From positions 111,078,595 to 111,142,594 of the forward strand of contig NC_068983.1 of NCBI RefSeq assembly GCF_001194135.2: a DNA stretch of 64,000 nucleotides, written 5' to 3'. Within the stretch, counting starts at the first letter, position 1, and each line of letters begins with the position of its first letter. The notes under the pieces were generated by a model, which did not search any database, was not told the DNA's origin, and saw only the letters and a program-made list of their open reading frames with translations. The DNA is from Octopus bimaculoides. Its lineage: Eukaryota. The translations under genes and the position numbers were made by a program. This document shows, in pieces, positions 1-11,426 of this stretch.

Positions 1-684
1 TCTTCTGTGAAGCTCATTCATTCAGAAATATCTTTGCTAAATATTTTGACTGAACTTGATTTAAGGAAATCCATAGGGAAAATCAGAAAATTTATGTTCC
101 ATTAAAATGTATTTATTTCTAGTAATAAAACACATTCAAAACCAACTAATTTTTGCGCAATTTGCTTTAGGCAAGTTCCGCTTTCGGAGCGCGTTTTATG
201 TTTGAAGTTTGTTTCAAGTCTTAGACACGAAATTGTTTCCTGACAGAACTCTTCGTTTCGTTGCCATACTTTATGTCAGTAAATGGGACATTCTCACCAC
301 CAGCCTACTTTTTTTTCAAATACTTGAAATGGAATCTAACTCCCGCTACTTTTATGTCTATTTTTCACACGCATAAATGTTTGATTATTTGAAATATTTT
401 GGTTTGACAGCATAAACGTTTACTATTTTTAGTATGAACATTTTGGTTATTGAACCGTGTGTTGTTTACTCATTTTAAAGTATTTGCTCATCAATAAACT
501 TTTGTTATATTCATTATACATCCATACTCATTTATTGTACGCTAACATACACTTGTCGGAGTGTACATTTCTTCGTTCAATTGTACATTACTTCGTCCTC
601 AAATCAACGAACCAGTATCAGAGTTCTAGATAAAACAGTTTAAAAATAGTGTTAGATTATTAACATAAAGAAAATGTCTTTATA

Positions 685-1569
685 CGAGGGCTGATCAATA
701 AGTATCCGCACTGTTACCATAGTAACGAAGCTAACGCACGCAGAATAAAGTCGCTTGACACGGATTGACCATGAACTGTGTTGTGCACGCGCATTAAGTT
801 TTTATGTCCTAACTCATTTTTGCAGTTTACAGCAGTGCTTGAAATGGAGGTGTGTAGCGTGTGATCGGCGTATTGACCATGACAGAAAGAATTGTCATGG
901 CAATACCTGCTCAGAGGCCTACGCAAAGTTGCAGAAAATGTATGGAGAGGAGTGTGTGAGCCGCAGGCAAGTGTACGAGTGGTTCCTGCGTTTCCAAGAT
1001 GGCCGAAAAATGTCGATATTGACGAACACTCTGGGAGACCGGCAACCGGCAGAACTGAGAAAAACATCGCAGATGTGAGACCAGCTGTGTGGGGAAATCG
1101 ACGAATTACCATCGGTGAGTTGACAGAGGATGTAGATTAGTTACGGTTCAGTTCAGTCCATTATCACTAAAGATTTGAGTATGAGATGCGTGCGTGCCAT
1201 CTCTCTGCCAAACTGCTTTCAGCTGACCAAAAAGACACTCGGGTTTCAATTGCACAAGATTTCTTTGATTGTGTCAAGAACGATGAAAACTTTTTGAAAA
1301 CTTTGCGTAGGCCTCTGAGTAGGTTTCGCCAAGCTATTGGCAAAATTTGAAGCAGATTCTCTGCTCAACTTTCTCAGTCATGATCAATGCGATAATCACA
1401 CGCTACGCACGTTCCTTCCTACTGTAAACAGCGGAAGTGAGTTAGAACGTTAATACTTTTTGCGCATGCATAGCAAAGTTCAATGTCAATCTGTATCAAA
1501 TGGCTTTATTCTGTGTGCTTTAACATCGTTACTATGTCAACAGTCCGGATACTTATTGATCAGACAGCG
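685..1569. mobile_element. Non-autonomous mariner derivative made of two inverted 5' ends
   Basis: TA-flanked (683-684, 1570-1571) inverted termini CGAGGGCTGATCAATAAGTATCCG and (reverse complement) CGCTGTCTGATCAATAAGTATCCG. The + strand gives a frameshifted mariner N-terminus (…SEAYAKLQKMYGEECVSRRQVYEWF…RPATGRTEKNIADV…DENFLKT). The - strand from ATG at 1381 gives MTEKVEQRICFKFCQ*LGETYSEAYAK. No catalytic domain. Confidence 0.85.
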
Positions 1570-2019
1570 TAATCTGGTTTACCTAGTGATTAGAAATCGC
1601 TACAACGACAAAAATGGTATATTGATGAAATATTGTGAGCCAAAAGCATTTGAAGTACCGCGCATGCCTGACAATGTAATAGAACGAATAACTACTATTT
1701 TGAATCTAACGGACAAATGAGTGAGATAACACAAGTGATTTGAGCTTGGACTGTAATTCAAGTACAGCGTTATGCATCTATAATCTTCTATAGACCACAA
1801 AAAGCTGCTTGTCCGTGTAACTTTAGACGTCAAATGATATAAATAAAACGATGACTGTTCTTACCTCTGTTTAAATACATAATTTAAAATTCTACGTAGT
1901 GCATACATAATGCAATCTTGTTTTGTAAAATCTAACAACGATTAATTTTTGTAAAACATTCAATTTCTAAATTAAACAGGAAGATCTTTATATCAGTAGG
2001 ACATAAAGGAGGGTAAAGA

Positions 2020-2537
2020 AATTAACCAGTACTGTCGGGCCGTTTCTTCTTGGAATCTGCTGTAATTAGCTAATGAGATTCTTTCTTGAATGCAATTCGC
2101 TTCAAATCCTCTTTAAAATTCCTATGCATTGACGATTTCGAGATATCAATAAGTTGCACTCCTGCGGGTATTTCGGTTCACTAGCTTCTTCACAGCTTCA
2201 AAAGTTCCTTTGGTACGAATTGAACGTTTCCTACTAGGAAGTGACTTGCTAGAATTAAGAGTGGACTCTATATAACATTTCCAGGTATTGAACACTGTTC
2301 TACGGCATACATTCTACTATTTTGTTATGTCCTTTTTGCTCACTCCAGCTGCTTTCAAAGCGACAACCTAGTCACGGTTTGCTTTCGACGCCGTGATTGT
2401 TTATAAACCTGTTATAGACAAATGAAACTATAGACACAAAAGAGATACGCAAACCTTTATGTAAAATGTAGATAATATTACCTGGATCGATATTCTTAAG
2501 GAGGCATTTTAAATATGAGTAATTCTTTCTGGACACA

Positions 2538-2540
<3 letters not shown>
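2020..2540 (-). mobile_element. Tc1/mariner-superfamily transposon, 5' remnant
   Basis: Minus-strand translation with stops and frameshifts: VVALKAAGVSKKDITK..NVCRRTVFNTWK…RKRSIRTKGTFEAVKKLVNRNTRRS…MHRNFKEDLK, resembling a paired-like HTH region. TIR-like CAGTGTGTCCAGAAAGAATTAC starts at 2540 next to (TA)n. Confidence 0.65.
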
Positions 2541-2580
<40 letters not shown>

Positions 2581-2726
2581 NNNNNNNNNNNNNNNNNNNN
2601 NNNNNNNNNNNNNNNNNNNNNNNNNNNNNNNNNNNNNNNNNNNNNNNNNNNNNNNNNNNNNNNNNNNNNNNNNNNNNNNNNNNNNNNNNNNNNNNNNNNN
2701 NNNNNNNNNNNNNNNNNNNNNNNNNN

Positions 2727-2860
2727 CGAGCCGTTTTAGCGATGCGTCCTGCCCAAGCTCGTCGAAACGCCAGTGTTAAAACGTGGGTGGCTGATGAAGG
2801 AGATGTTCTCTATGTGGCTCGTGTGTTCTCGTCTACGTTTGTTTGCAATGTCCTGTACCC
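2727..2860 (+). mobile_element. Repeat fragment, Penelope-terminus-like; related to 52833-53100
   Basis: Shares CTGATGAAG..ATGTTCT.TATGT and terminal GTCCTGTACCC with the minus strand of 52850-52995. The family assignment is an inference. Confidence 0.35.
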
Positions 2861-2940
2861 AGATATGCACCTATACATACAGGTGGATGTCGGTATGCAC
2901 ATACCTGTACGTATATATGCATATACTCATTTACTATTTG

Positions 2941-2976
<36 letters not shown>

Positions 2977-3574
2977 CAGACACATGTACGAAGGTGCAAC
3001 GCAAGGTTTTGTTGTATCACGTCAAACTTCCTACCGACGAGTCACGCAATAAAACTGAAACCGTTATCATGTTCTTGTATAAAACAGAACAACCACGTCT
3101 GCAACTATGTATGTATGTATGTATGTATGTATGTATGTATATGCATGTATATATATATATATGTGTGTGTGTGTGTATTTATATACACCCACACACATAA
3201 AGACCACACACACATAACAAACACATCACTACATGTATATAGGTAGTGGAATAATAACAAGACCAAATTGTTATATTTCGAATGCATGCAAAATGCATGT
3301 TTAGAATATTTATATAAGTGCTACTCGAAACGTATGCTTTAAAGGCATCCAAAATATTAAAATTTGGTGAATGAATATACTGAATTTGCTTGACTCATCT
3401 TTATAACAGTGTCTCTATAATGTATATTTGCTAGCAACATTGGAGGACATTTCCAAACTGAACATTTTATCGAAAACTTTTTGTAAAGTGCTTTACATAA
3501 AACCTTAGTATTCTCTGTGTGCGCGCGCGCGTGTGTACACTGCAACCCTAACTATTAATACAATAAAAAGGTAG

Positions 3575-3885
3575 ACCTCTACTGGATTATGTGAAGAAGA
3601 ATTTCAACATCACAATGCCAATCATTTAGCCACCATCCGACATACGGACAAAAGTAAAGCTACAAAATTGGCTATTTACGTGTGGACTTGGAAGATAACG
3701 AAACATTACATTTGATTAAGTGGAAAACAAATGTGAAATCCATAACTGATGTTAATGGATCGAATAATTGTAAGCTTTGTTTAGCTGTAAGGGCGCAGAT
3801 CCTGTTCAGATCGGTACTAGGTCTGAAATTTTCATCGGTTGCAAGTATATGTATAAATATATTTTCAAGAATTGGAAAATTCCTA
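3575..3885 (+). mobile_element. Penelope-like element, GIY-YIG endonuclease C-terminal remnant
   Basis: GLCEEEFQHHNANHLATIRHTDKSKATKLAIYVW, frameshift, DLEDNETLHLIKWK…SNNCKLCLAVRAQIL, then RSEIFIGCKYMYKYIFKNW. This matches the typical PLE pattern (YIG..E..FK.R..NH…LS.YIW.LK…I.W…C.LCL.EK..I…R.E). Confidence 0.7.
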
Positions 3886-4198
3886 TTCCTGATTATCTTC
3901 CTATGTTTCAGGCCTTATAATTTAAGATCTAAGAATAACTCGTTTAAATTTTTACCTTCTACTGTTTACATTTTAGTTTTTGTATTTTCGTTTTCCGTTT
4001 ATCGTTTTCCATTCCTTCTAACCTTTCGCGATTTGTATATGCTGCCCTCTCAGTTTTTTTCACGTTTCTTCTATTATTAAATAATTGCCTTCGATAAGAC
4101 ATGTGCCTTGTTCTCGATGAATATGTTTGGGATATTTCTCAAAATATGAAACAACTAGTAGCACTTAAAGACATGTATTGAGTCCTTTTAATAAATTA

Positions 4199-4362
4199 GG
4201 CACAGGAGTGGCTGTGTGGTAAGTAGCTTGCTTACCAACCACATGGTTCCGGGTTCAGTGCCATTGCATGTCACCTTGGGCAAGTGTCTTCTACTATAGC
4301 CTTGGGCCGACCAAAGCCTTGTGTTGGTGGATTTGGTAGACGGAAACTGAAAGAAGCCTGAC

Positions 4363-4408
<46 letters not shown>

Positions 4409-4613
4409 GTGTGTGTGTTTGTACCCCCCTCCCCCACATCGCTTGACAACAAATGGTAGCGTGTTTACGTCCCCGTAACTTAGCGGTTCGGCAAAACAGA
4501 CCGATTGAATAAGTACTAGGCATACAAAGAATAGGTCCTGGGGTCGATTTATTCGACTAAAGGCGGTGCTCCAACATGGCCGCAGTCAAATGACTGAAAC
4601 AAATAAAAGAATA
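4199..4613 (+). mobile_element. tRNA-derived SINE with CORE-like segment and internal microsatellite (family A)
   Basis: tRNA-like head GGCACAGGAGTGGCTGTGTGGTAAG…GGTTCAGTGCC, CORE-like CCTTGGGCAAGTGTCTT, internal (TA)n(TG)n, tail …GGGGTCGATTTATTCGACTAAAGGCGGTGCTCC…TGACTGAAACAAATAAAAG. Two further copies lie in this window. Confidence 0.85.
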
Positions 4614-4981
4614 TATATATATATANNNNNNNNNNNNNNNNNNNNNNNNNNNNNNNNNNNNNNNNNNNNNNNNNNNNNNNNNNNNNNNNNNNNNNNNNNN
4701 NNNNNNNNNNNNNNNNNNNNNNNNNNNNNNNNNNNNNNNNNNNNNNNNNNNNNNNNNNNNNNNNNNNNNNNNNNNNNNNNNNNNNNNNNNNNNNNNNNNN
4801 NNNNNNNNNNNNNNNNNNNNNNNNNNNNNNNNNNNNNNNNNNNNNNNNNNNNNNNNNNNNNNNNAAGCCAGTGTTCCATCATGGCCATAGTTAGATGCCT
4901 GAAACAGGTAAAAGCGTAAAACAGTACATAAATATATGTGTGTTTGTGTGTGTATATGTAAATATGTATGTGCGTGTGTGC

Positions 4982-5012
<31 letters not shown>

Positions 5013-5208
5013 CGCGTGTGTGTGTTATGTCGCAAGCTACTGCTATCTAACACCTTCGGATGATCTCTACTCGACTGCGATTCCACTGCAACTCAACAGC
5101 CACTCAACTCCTCTCCAACGGTTAGACTACCTCCATTTATATGTCTTGGGCGATCCTACTTCTTCGCTTGGGGCGTCGACACAACAGTATGTATGTGAAT
5201 GTGTGTAT

Positions 5209-5568
5209 TCAAACTGAGAGAATGAAGCAGGTAATATCCAGACTACATATGTTTCCTAGCTAGCAGATCCTCGGACGTTATAAAATATTCAACGAGGAGC
5301 ACTCCACTGGCTATTAATCAGGCCGAAAATACCTTACTTAAATGAAGGTTAAAATCCCAAGTTAAATTGTCGGAGATATAATTTTAAATTGTATCTCCAG
5401 CGAGTTAACTTGAGATTCCTAAACGACAATGCAACCTTCATTTAACTAAGGTGTCTTGGGCCTGATGAATAGTTAGTGGATTGCGCCTCCTTGAGTTGTA
5501 TTACTTTCGGGGATTTCCAATCTACATACGTAGCCTAGATTTTACCTGCTTCCTCCCCGCAATTTGGC
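5209..5568. mobile_element. Spacer-less palindromic (foldback) element or MITE
   Basis: The arms are imperfect reverse complements along their length: GAAGCAGGTAATATCCAGACTACATATGT vs GAAGCAGGTAAAATCTAGGCTACGTATGT, ATCAGGCC, CCTTA.TTAAATGAAGGTT, CAAGTTAA. Centre GGAGATATAATTT-T-AAATTGTATCTCC at ~5372-5398. Confidence 0.75.
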
Positions 5569-5771
5569 TTTTTTATTCGCATTCATAGCAACCATAATTG
5601 CTAACCGTGAACTATAAATAGTTTTCATAACATGGAAAAAGCCTGCAACGGATCCTTGAAGCTTATTAATTCCTACACTTAGATCCTTGAACCTTACAAT
5701 TACATATCATTAATATATATATTTATATATATTTATATATATTTATATATATTTATATATATTTATATATA

Positions 5772-5870
5772 TATTGGACCCAGAGGTTTCAGGTAATGGT
5801 GAGTAAGTGCTATGGATAGACCATAGTTAAGCTCCAGGTTCGGTGATTATGCGAATAAGGGGTCCAAATA
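5772..5870. repeat. ~100 bp segment bounded by short inverted repeats inside TA/TG tracts (possible mini-MITE)
   Basis: TTGGACCC (5774-5781) and GGGTCCAA (5860-5867). The repeats are short, so chance is not excluded. Confidence 0.3.
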
Positions 5871-5893
5871 TGTGTGTGTGTGTGTGTGTGTAT

Positions 5894-5966
<73 letters not shown>

Positions 5967-6068
5967 ATAGAGAGAGAGACAGATTGATTAGATAGGTATA
6001 TATAGATAGATATATACATACGTTACGTAGATAACCAGATAGACAGACATTCAGGCTGACACACAGAC

Positions 6069-6165
<97 letters not shown>

Positions 6166-9039
6166 TTTTCGCTACATATCTACGACATTTATTATTTCTC
6201 AGTGATAAACCGAGTGAGTGATTCGCTCATTTCTTCATTCATGGTTGATATCCATAGTATCCATTCATCGGTCATCAGCTTGAATACATTGCATAGCTAA
6301 TCAAGTGACTCTTGGATTCAATGGTAGTTGATTGTGTGAATAATCACCTAAATGTTTAGATATATGAGTTATTTGTTCGATGTATGTCAGCTAATATTTT
6401 GAAATATTTAATTTCTACGTTCAGTATAAATGTTGAATAATCATACTGGGGTATATACAGTATTTGACAAATTTGGTAAACATTAAGAATAATATTTACT
6501 TGCCATATTTATTGCAGTAAAATGTGTGTGCTTAAACGGTTAAAAATTTAATTTTACTATGAAGGAAATATTTCTAACTTGTATGAATTCGTTGGCAAAT
6601 ACGTCAAAGGAAGTCTAGGTGTATGCTATTGAATGGTAATAGTAGGATTATAACTTCATATCCATGCCACTTTATTTGTTAAACTGAAGTACAACAATGA
6701 AATAATATCCGTTTCAAAATGGAAAAGATACAACTCTTCTCGTCAAATGACTTCTATAAAGCTACTGAAGTTGATTAAGAGAATAAATACCTGCGTTCAA
6801 ATTTCTGCATCAAATTTATCATTGTACTTGTAACATTATCCACATCCAAATGCTTACCAGAAGTATTTCCAGTATATAGCTCAGGAGTAACAAGTGATGG
6901 TAACAAGACAGCATTCCATTGCTCTTCCGTGTTTGAGAGGATGTTGTCGCTAGCAATCACGACGTGCTACATCAACTAAATAATTACGTTACGTACATTA
7001 AAATATCCTCTTGAAAATGTAAATGAAACTAACATGCATTTTATCATTCATACAAATAAAATTATCTTCAGAGAATTTGAAGGATATCCCAATGCTCATA
7101 TCTGCAAAGAAGTTGCTATACTAATGCTTCGTAAGAAGTTCATGCAAGAACTATTGTTCGGCATCAACGTAAAGTGTCAACGACACGCCGTCCATAAGAT
7201 TCACAGGAACATGCTTTAATATTTTGGGAAGGTAAATATCAATTGAAGTTTTGTCTTCAAATGTTTACTGGGAAGAAAAATTCTACGCCTATGAGTAAAA
7301 TCAAACAGAAACCGATACCATTACTTCCGCCAATGCTTTAATTATTCCATTATAGATTTATATGTAAATAATGCCAGAAAGCTTTAACTTCAAAAGAGTA
7401 AATCAGTTTAAGCTGAAAGTTTAAAAATATATATTCACTAATTGATGCCTTCAACAAGGATAGATATCTTGCCGTCACTGTGTACATAAGAGCAAAGATG
7501 CATGTCTGAATACGCACAAAATGCAGTTAGACGTGCCAAAGCGTTTAATCGTCTCACAGCACAAGCAACCGAAGGTGAGCTGAAATAGGAGCGAAATCAT
7601 TTCCAGGCCGATATTCTAAGTATCGGAATATTATAATTGCAAGCGTTTTCCTCAATACATAATTAAATTCTTCTTCAGAGTATCTTTTGATAAATGATTT
7701 CGGTATCTAAAGACTGGTGGGTGTTGCCTTTGCTTTGGAACCATTTCTGATGCTCTGGTCAAATGCTAGTATCTTCGAAAATAGAATAAATTTCGGAATA
7801 TTTCGCTATCGTTTCTACTCTACAGATTAGTATATTGCTTTCGAATAGGGAAAAGTTCGTGAAACTGATTCAGTTGATATTCTCAGAGGTGAATGATCTG
7901 ATAAGTAAGTCTCTAGTGATGTTTCTTTGAAATTATGAAGTATATCTATTCATTGTCCATGTCAGCTCCTAGGCAGTCGTTTTGTATGACGTAACGTACG
8001 ACCCAAGAGATATCCACACCGTTTGTCTGGTTATGCCAAAAACCGGATGAGGTAACATGCAGTTTGAAAGAAAACCTAGTTTGAGTAGGAATGACAAGTA
8101 CAAGCAACACAAGGATGTTCAGAGCTGAAATATTTATTCAATGGAAAGCTTCGTATCCATCTTTGCTTTCAAAAATCATTAGCGGACTCCTCAATGCTGG
8201 ATTATACGGTTTAGTCAAATTTACCTTGTATATTTGCAAACGCATTAAAAAGCAGAAAGTATTCAAAGATTCAAATACAAATCATCATGATTAGAATTAT
8301 AGGTCCCCAGAAAAAATGACATATCAACACAAGTAAAGGCATGTAAGGAATTCTGAAATTTGTGACCCACGAAACGGTGATGATCGTAATAATACATAAA
8401 ACAAACTGGGAATAAGTTCATAAAGGTGATCTTCACTAGAAAAGACCTATATTTTCAGGGCTATCATTCAGCTATGTTCAGATATTTATTTTTTATATTA
8501 TTATTCCCTAAGATATATACAGTTGAAGAAACTAGCTAGATGTTTCCATAAACATGACTATTCAAATATTTCGTCTTTGTAAATACACCCTAACGTGAAG
8601 TAAAGCTTCGTGTTTTGATATGCACCCTATTGCAGTATCACGTCAAGGATCCTACCTTACTGGCATCTTTTAAACAAGTAAATGGCACTTAATCTAGCGT
8701 ATTCAGAAAAGCGTACAACACATTTGCTTTGTGTAAGAACTTCTGATCCGATATTTAGATTTTTAAACCTAATATTTTTCAATACAGAGATACAAGTATG
8801 ACAACTAATCTCAAAAGTTCTCAATCATTTGAAACAGTCCACACTGGCACACAGACTTGCTTATGACGGGCTGGATCAGACTGTAAAGGATAATGACATC
8901 ATTAGCAGTATTACTAATGCTGCTTACAAGTGATTTTCGCAAAATTCTTCTTAAAATTCTAAAGAAACCTCAAGTATGCTAACTAAACAGTTGCCTCACA
9001 TTTTCAGCTTACTCAAAGTATGTAACTAACACGTGAGTT

Positions 9040-9300
9040 GGCCCTCAACAAAATACAACTTCACCAACTCGAAATTCTGGCTTCCTAATTCCCCCGATTG
9101 TAATCCCGTGGATTACTATGTGTAAAGTGCGGTTGAGAAAGACACCAACCACTCTGCCTGCAATATCAAGACCGAGCAGGTGGTCAACATCAAATTATTT
9201 CAAGGGCTTCCCAGGGACACACTGAGGAACGCATGCACCAGGTTCCGGAGCCGTATTTAGGTCGCTGCAGAAGCTGAGAGCAGCTACTTTGAGCAAACTA
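9040..9300 (+). mobile_element. Tc1/mariner-superfamily transposase C-terminal remnant (DDxD type)
   Basis: KFWLPNSPDCNPVDYYV*SAVEKDTNHSACNIKTE…GLPRDTLRNACTRFRSRI*VAAEAESSYFE. The SPDxNPxDY motif ends in D, as in mariner/maT-type families. Confidence 0.7.
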
Positions 9301-10195
9301 TTATCTCCTATTGATAGTATAGTGAATATGTTTTGATTTTTTAAAAAATACTTTTATTTTTTGATGGGACATTGGGGTTTGNNNNNNNNNNNNNNNNNNN
9401 NNNNNNNNNNNNNNNNNNNNNNNNNNNNNNNNNNNNNNNNNNNNNNNNNNNNNNNNNNNNNNNNNNNNNNNNNNNNNNNNNNNNNNNNNNNNNNNNNNNN
9501 NNNNNNNNNNNNNNNNNNNNNNNNNNNNNNNNNNNNNNNNNNNNNNNNNNNNNNNNNNNNNNNNNNNNNNNNNNNNNNNNNNNNNNNNNNNNNNNNNNNN
9601 NNNNNNNNNNNNNNNNNNNNNNNNNNNNNNNNNNNNNNNNNNNNNNNNNNNNNNNNNNNNNNNATATATATATATATATATATACATAAAGAGTGAGAGA
9701 AAGAGAGAGAGTTGAAAGCCGTAGACTGCAGGTACTCATGAAGCTGAATAAATGGCCTGTCGCATCAGTAGTAATATGACTAAAATGTGAAAGGATTATA
9801 TGTAAAATAACATTTCCAGGATCATAAATGTATGATATATAATAGAGGCCTAGTGGTTTTCGCAAGCTTTAATGTTCGGTTTTATCGAAAGGTACAGTAA
9901 CAGAGATAGATAAATATTGACACAGCTATTCGAGTGGCTGATAGAAATGCAGATAGAGAGACGGACAGGTGCAGAGGAATAAAAGAATCGGAAGATTAAT
10001 CAATAAATAGTTAAATGGAGAGAGAGTTACACAAAGAGGGACAGATAGGTAGATAGACAGCTTTGACAATAGATAGTGAGACAAACTGATAGAAAATAGA
10101 TGGCAAAATAATTAAATACAGGAACATTTGCACATGTTAGACAATAGGTATGTCGACAGATAGACAGAAATAGAAATAAGTTCAAACACACACAT

Positions 10196-10232
<37 letters not shown>

Positions 10233-10614
10233 CAGAAAGACAGACAGACAGACATATAGATAGATAGATAGATAGATAAATAGATACATAGATAGATAGC
10301 TGTCAATACTAGAAGGAATGAGTGAGAGAGATCGGTAGTAAAATAAGCGATGTTTCGATAGATAGGAAAGTATCTGATAGAAATATAGAAAAGTAAATAA
10401 AGTAATGGTTGTGTAGGTCGGTATATTAAATAGCACGACAGAATCAAACAATAGTTAATTAAATTAATTTCTTTTAATTTCATTTAAATTAATTAACAAA
10501 TAACTAGACTTCGAGGCTTCTTGCGCATGTTGTTTTGCGATACATCATCGCATTACTCTCAGACGCAGTGACATTCAGTGAAATAAACGTACATATACAA
10601 GTTTGCGTGACATG

Positions 10615-10647
<33 letters not shown>

Positions 10648-11389
10648 AACATACAGTCCCGTACACACACATAGAAACTTGCTACCAGTTCAAACATATG
10701 CTTGAAGCATAGTCAAATCCGTAAGAAGCCCATTGACTGTATTTTGTCAGGGAGAAAATAATAAAATTTCTGGTCGCAGCTCTTCCTAAACAGATTCTTC
10801 CTAAACACCTATGACTGGTTGCGCTAGTCGACAGCTCGCTGCAAGTAGAGTACAGAACAAGAGCGTTCAGCAATGATGTGTGACGCAATATTGACTTGTA
10901 AATCCTTTATAAATGGTAGTATATTGTGTTCGGAAAACGAAATGCTGTGTATCTATTGCCAGTTAATATTTACGTACCAGCTGTCAGGAATGTCCTTAAT
11001 ATGTAAATTGGTCTCCCAATAGTGTTACAGTGCTAGACATAGTGAGTATTTAAGCAATGCGTTCGTAGATAGTTAATGGACGTGATGCTGACGAAAGAGC
11101 AATAACTATTTACATATGCATTTACACACACTACCTATTTTTCTATCTACGTTAGCATTGCGAATGGTTCTTTGGATGAATTATGGATGGCCGAGTAAGC
11201 TAAAATTAGTAACATCACGGAACATGCCACCACGTCATACTAGTTGCAGGGGCCGGATGTTGCCTCCTTGTCTATGTATGTATGTATGTATATATATATG
11301 GGAGAATATACAAAAAATAACAACAGACGAGGACAGGTGGTGTAAATAACAAAAGTATATATTAGTATGACGCTCGGGAATACGGAAAG

Positions 11390-11426
11390 TCTTTGACGTT
11401 TCGAGCTACGCTCTTCAACAGAAAGA
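11390..11426 (-). ncRNA. Type I hammerhead-like motif with core variant CUGUUGA, in a Penelope-terminus-like repeat
   Basis: Minus strand: UCUUU-CUGUUGA-A-GAGC(GUA)GCUC-GAA-ACGU-C-AAAGA. Stem I is 5 bp, stem II is 4 bp, stem III is the palindrome ACGU, triplet GUC. The conserved A6 is U. Confidence 0.5.

Noticed and set aside
2755-2810. CGAAACGC…CTGATGAAG (and a similar pair at ~52985-53020) as a hammerhead
   Set aside because: The core halves are in the wrong order or orientation for type I, and I could not build stems I-III with an NUH triplet.
3025-3075. CCGACGAGTC…ACTGAAACCGTTA hammerhead-like string
   Set aside because: U4 is altered, stem II does not close and there is no stem I partner. 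At best a very decayed relic.
6775-6960. 61-aa minus ORF with possible splice sites, and nearby ORF-like stretches to 8.1 kb (including a YLSDHSPL motif)
   Set aside because: No recognisable family and stops in all extended frames. The SDH motif is not followed by RT motifs at a LINE-like spacing.
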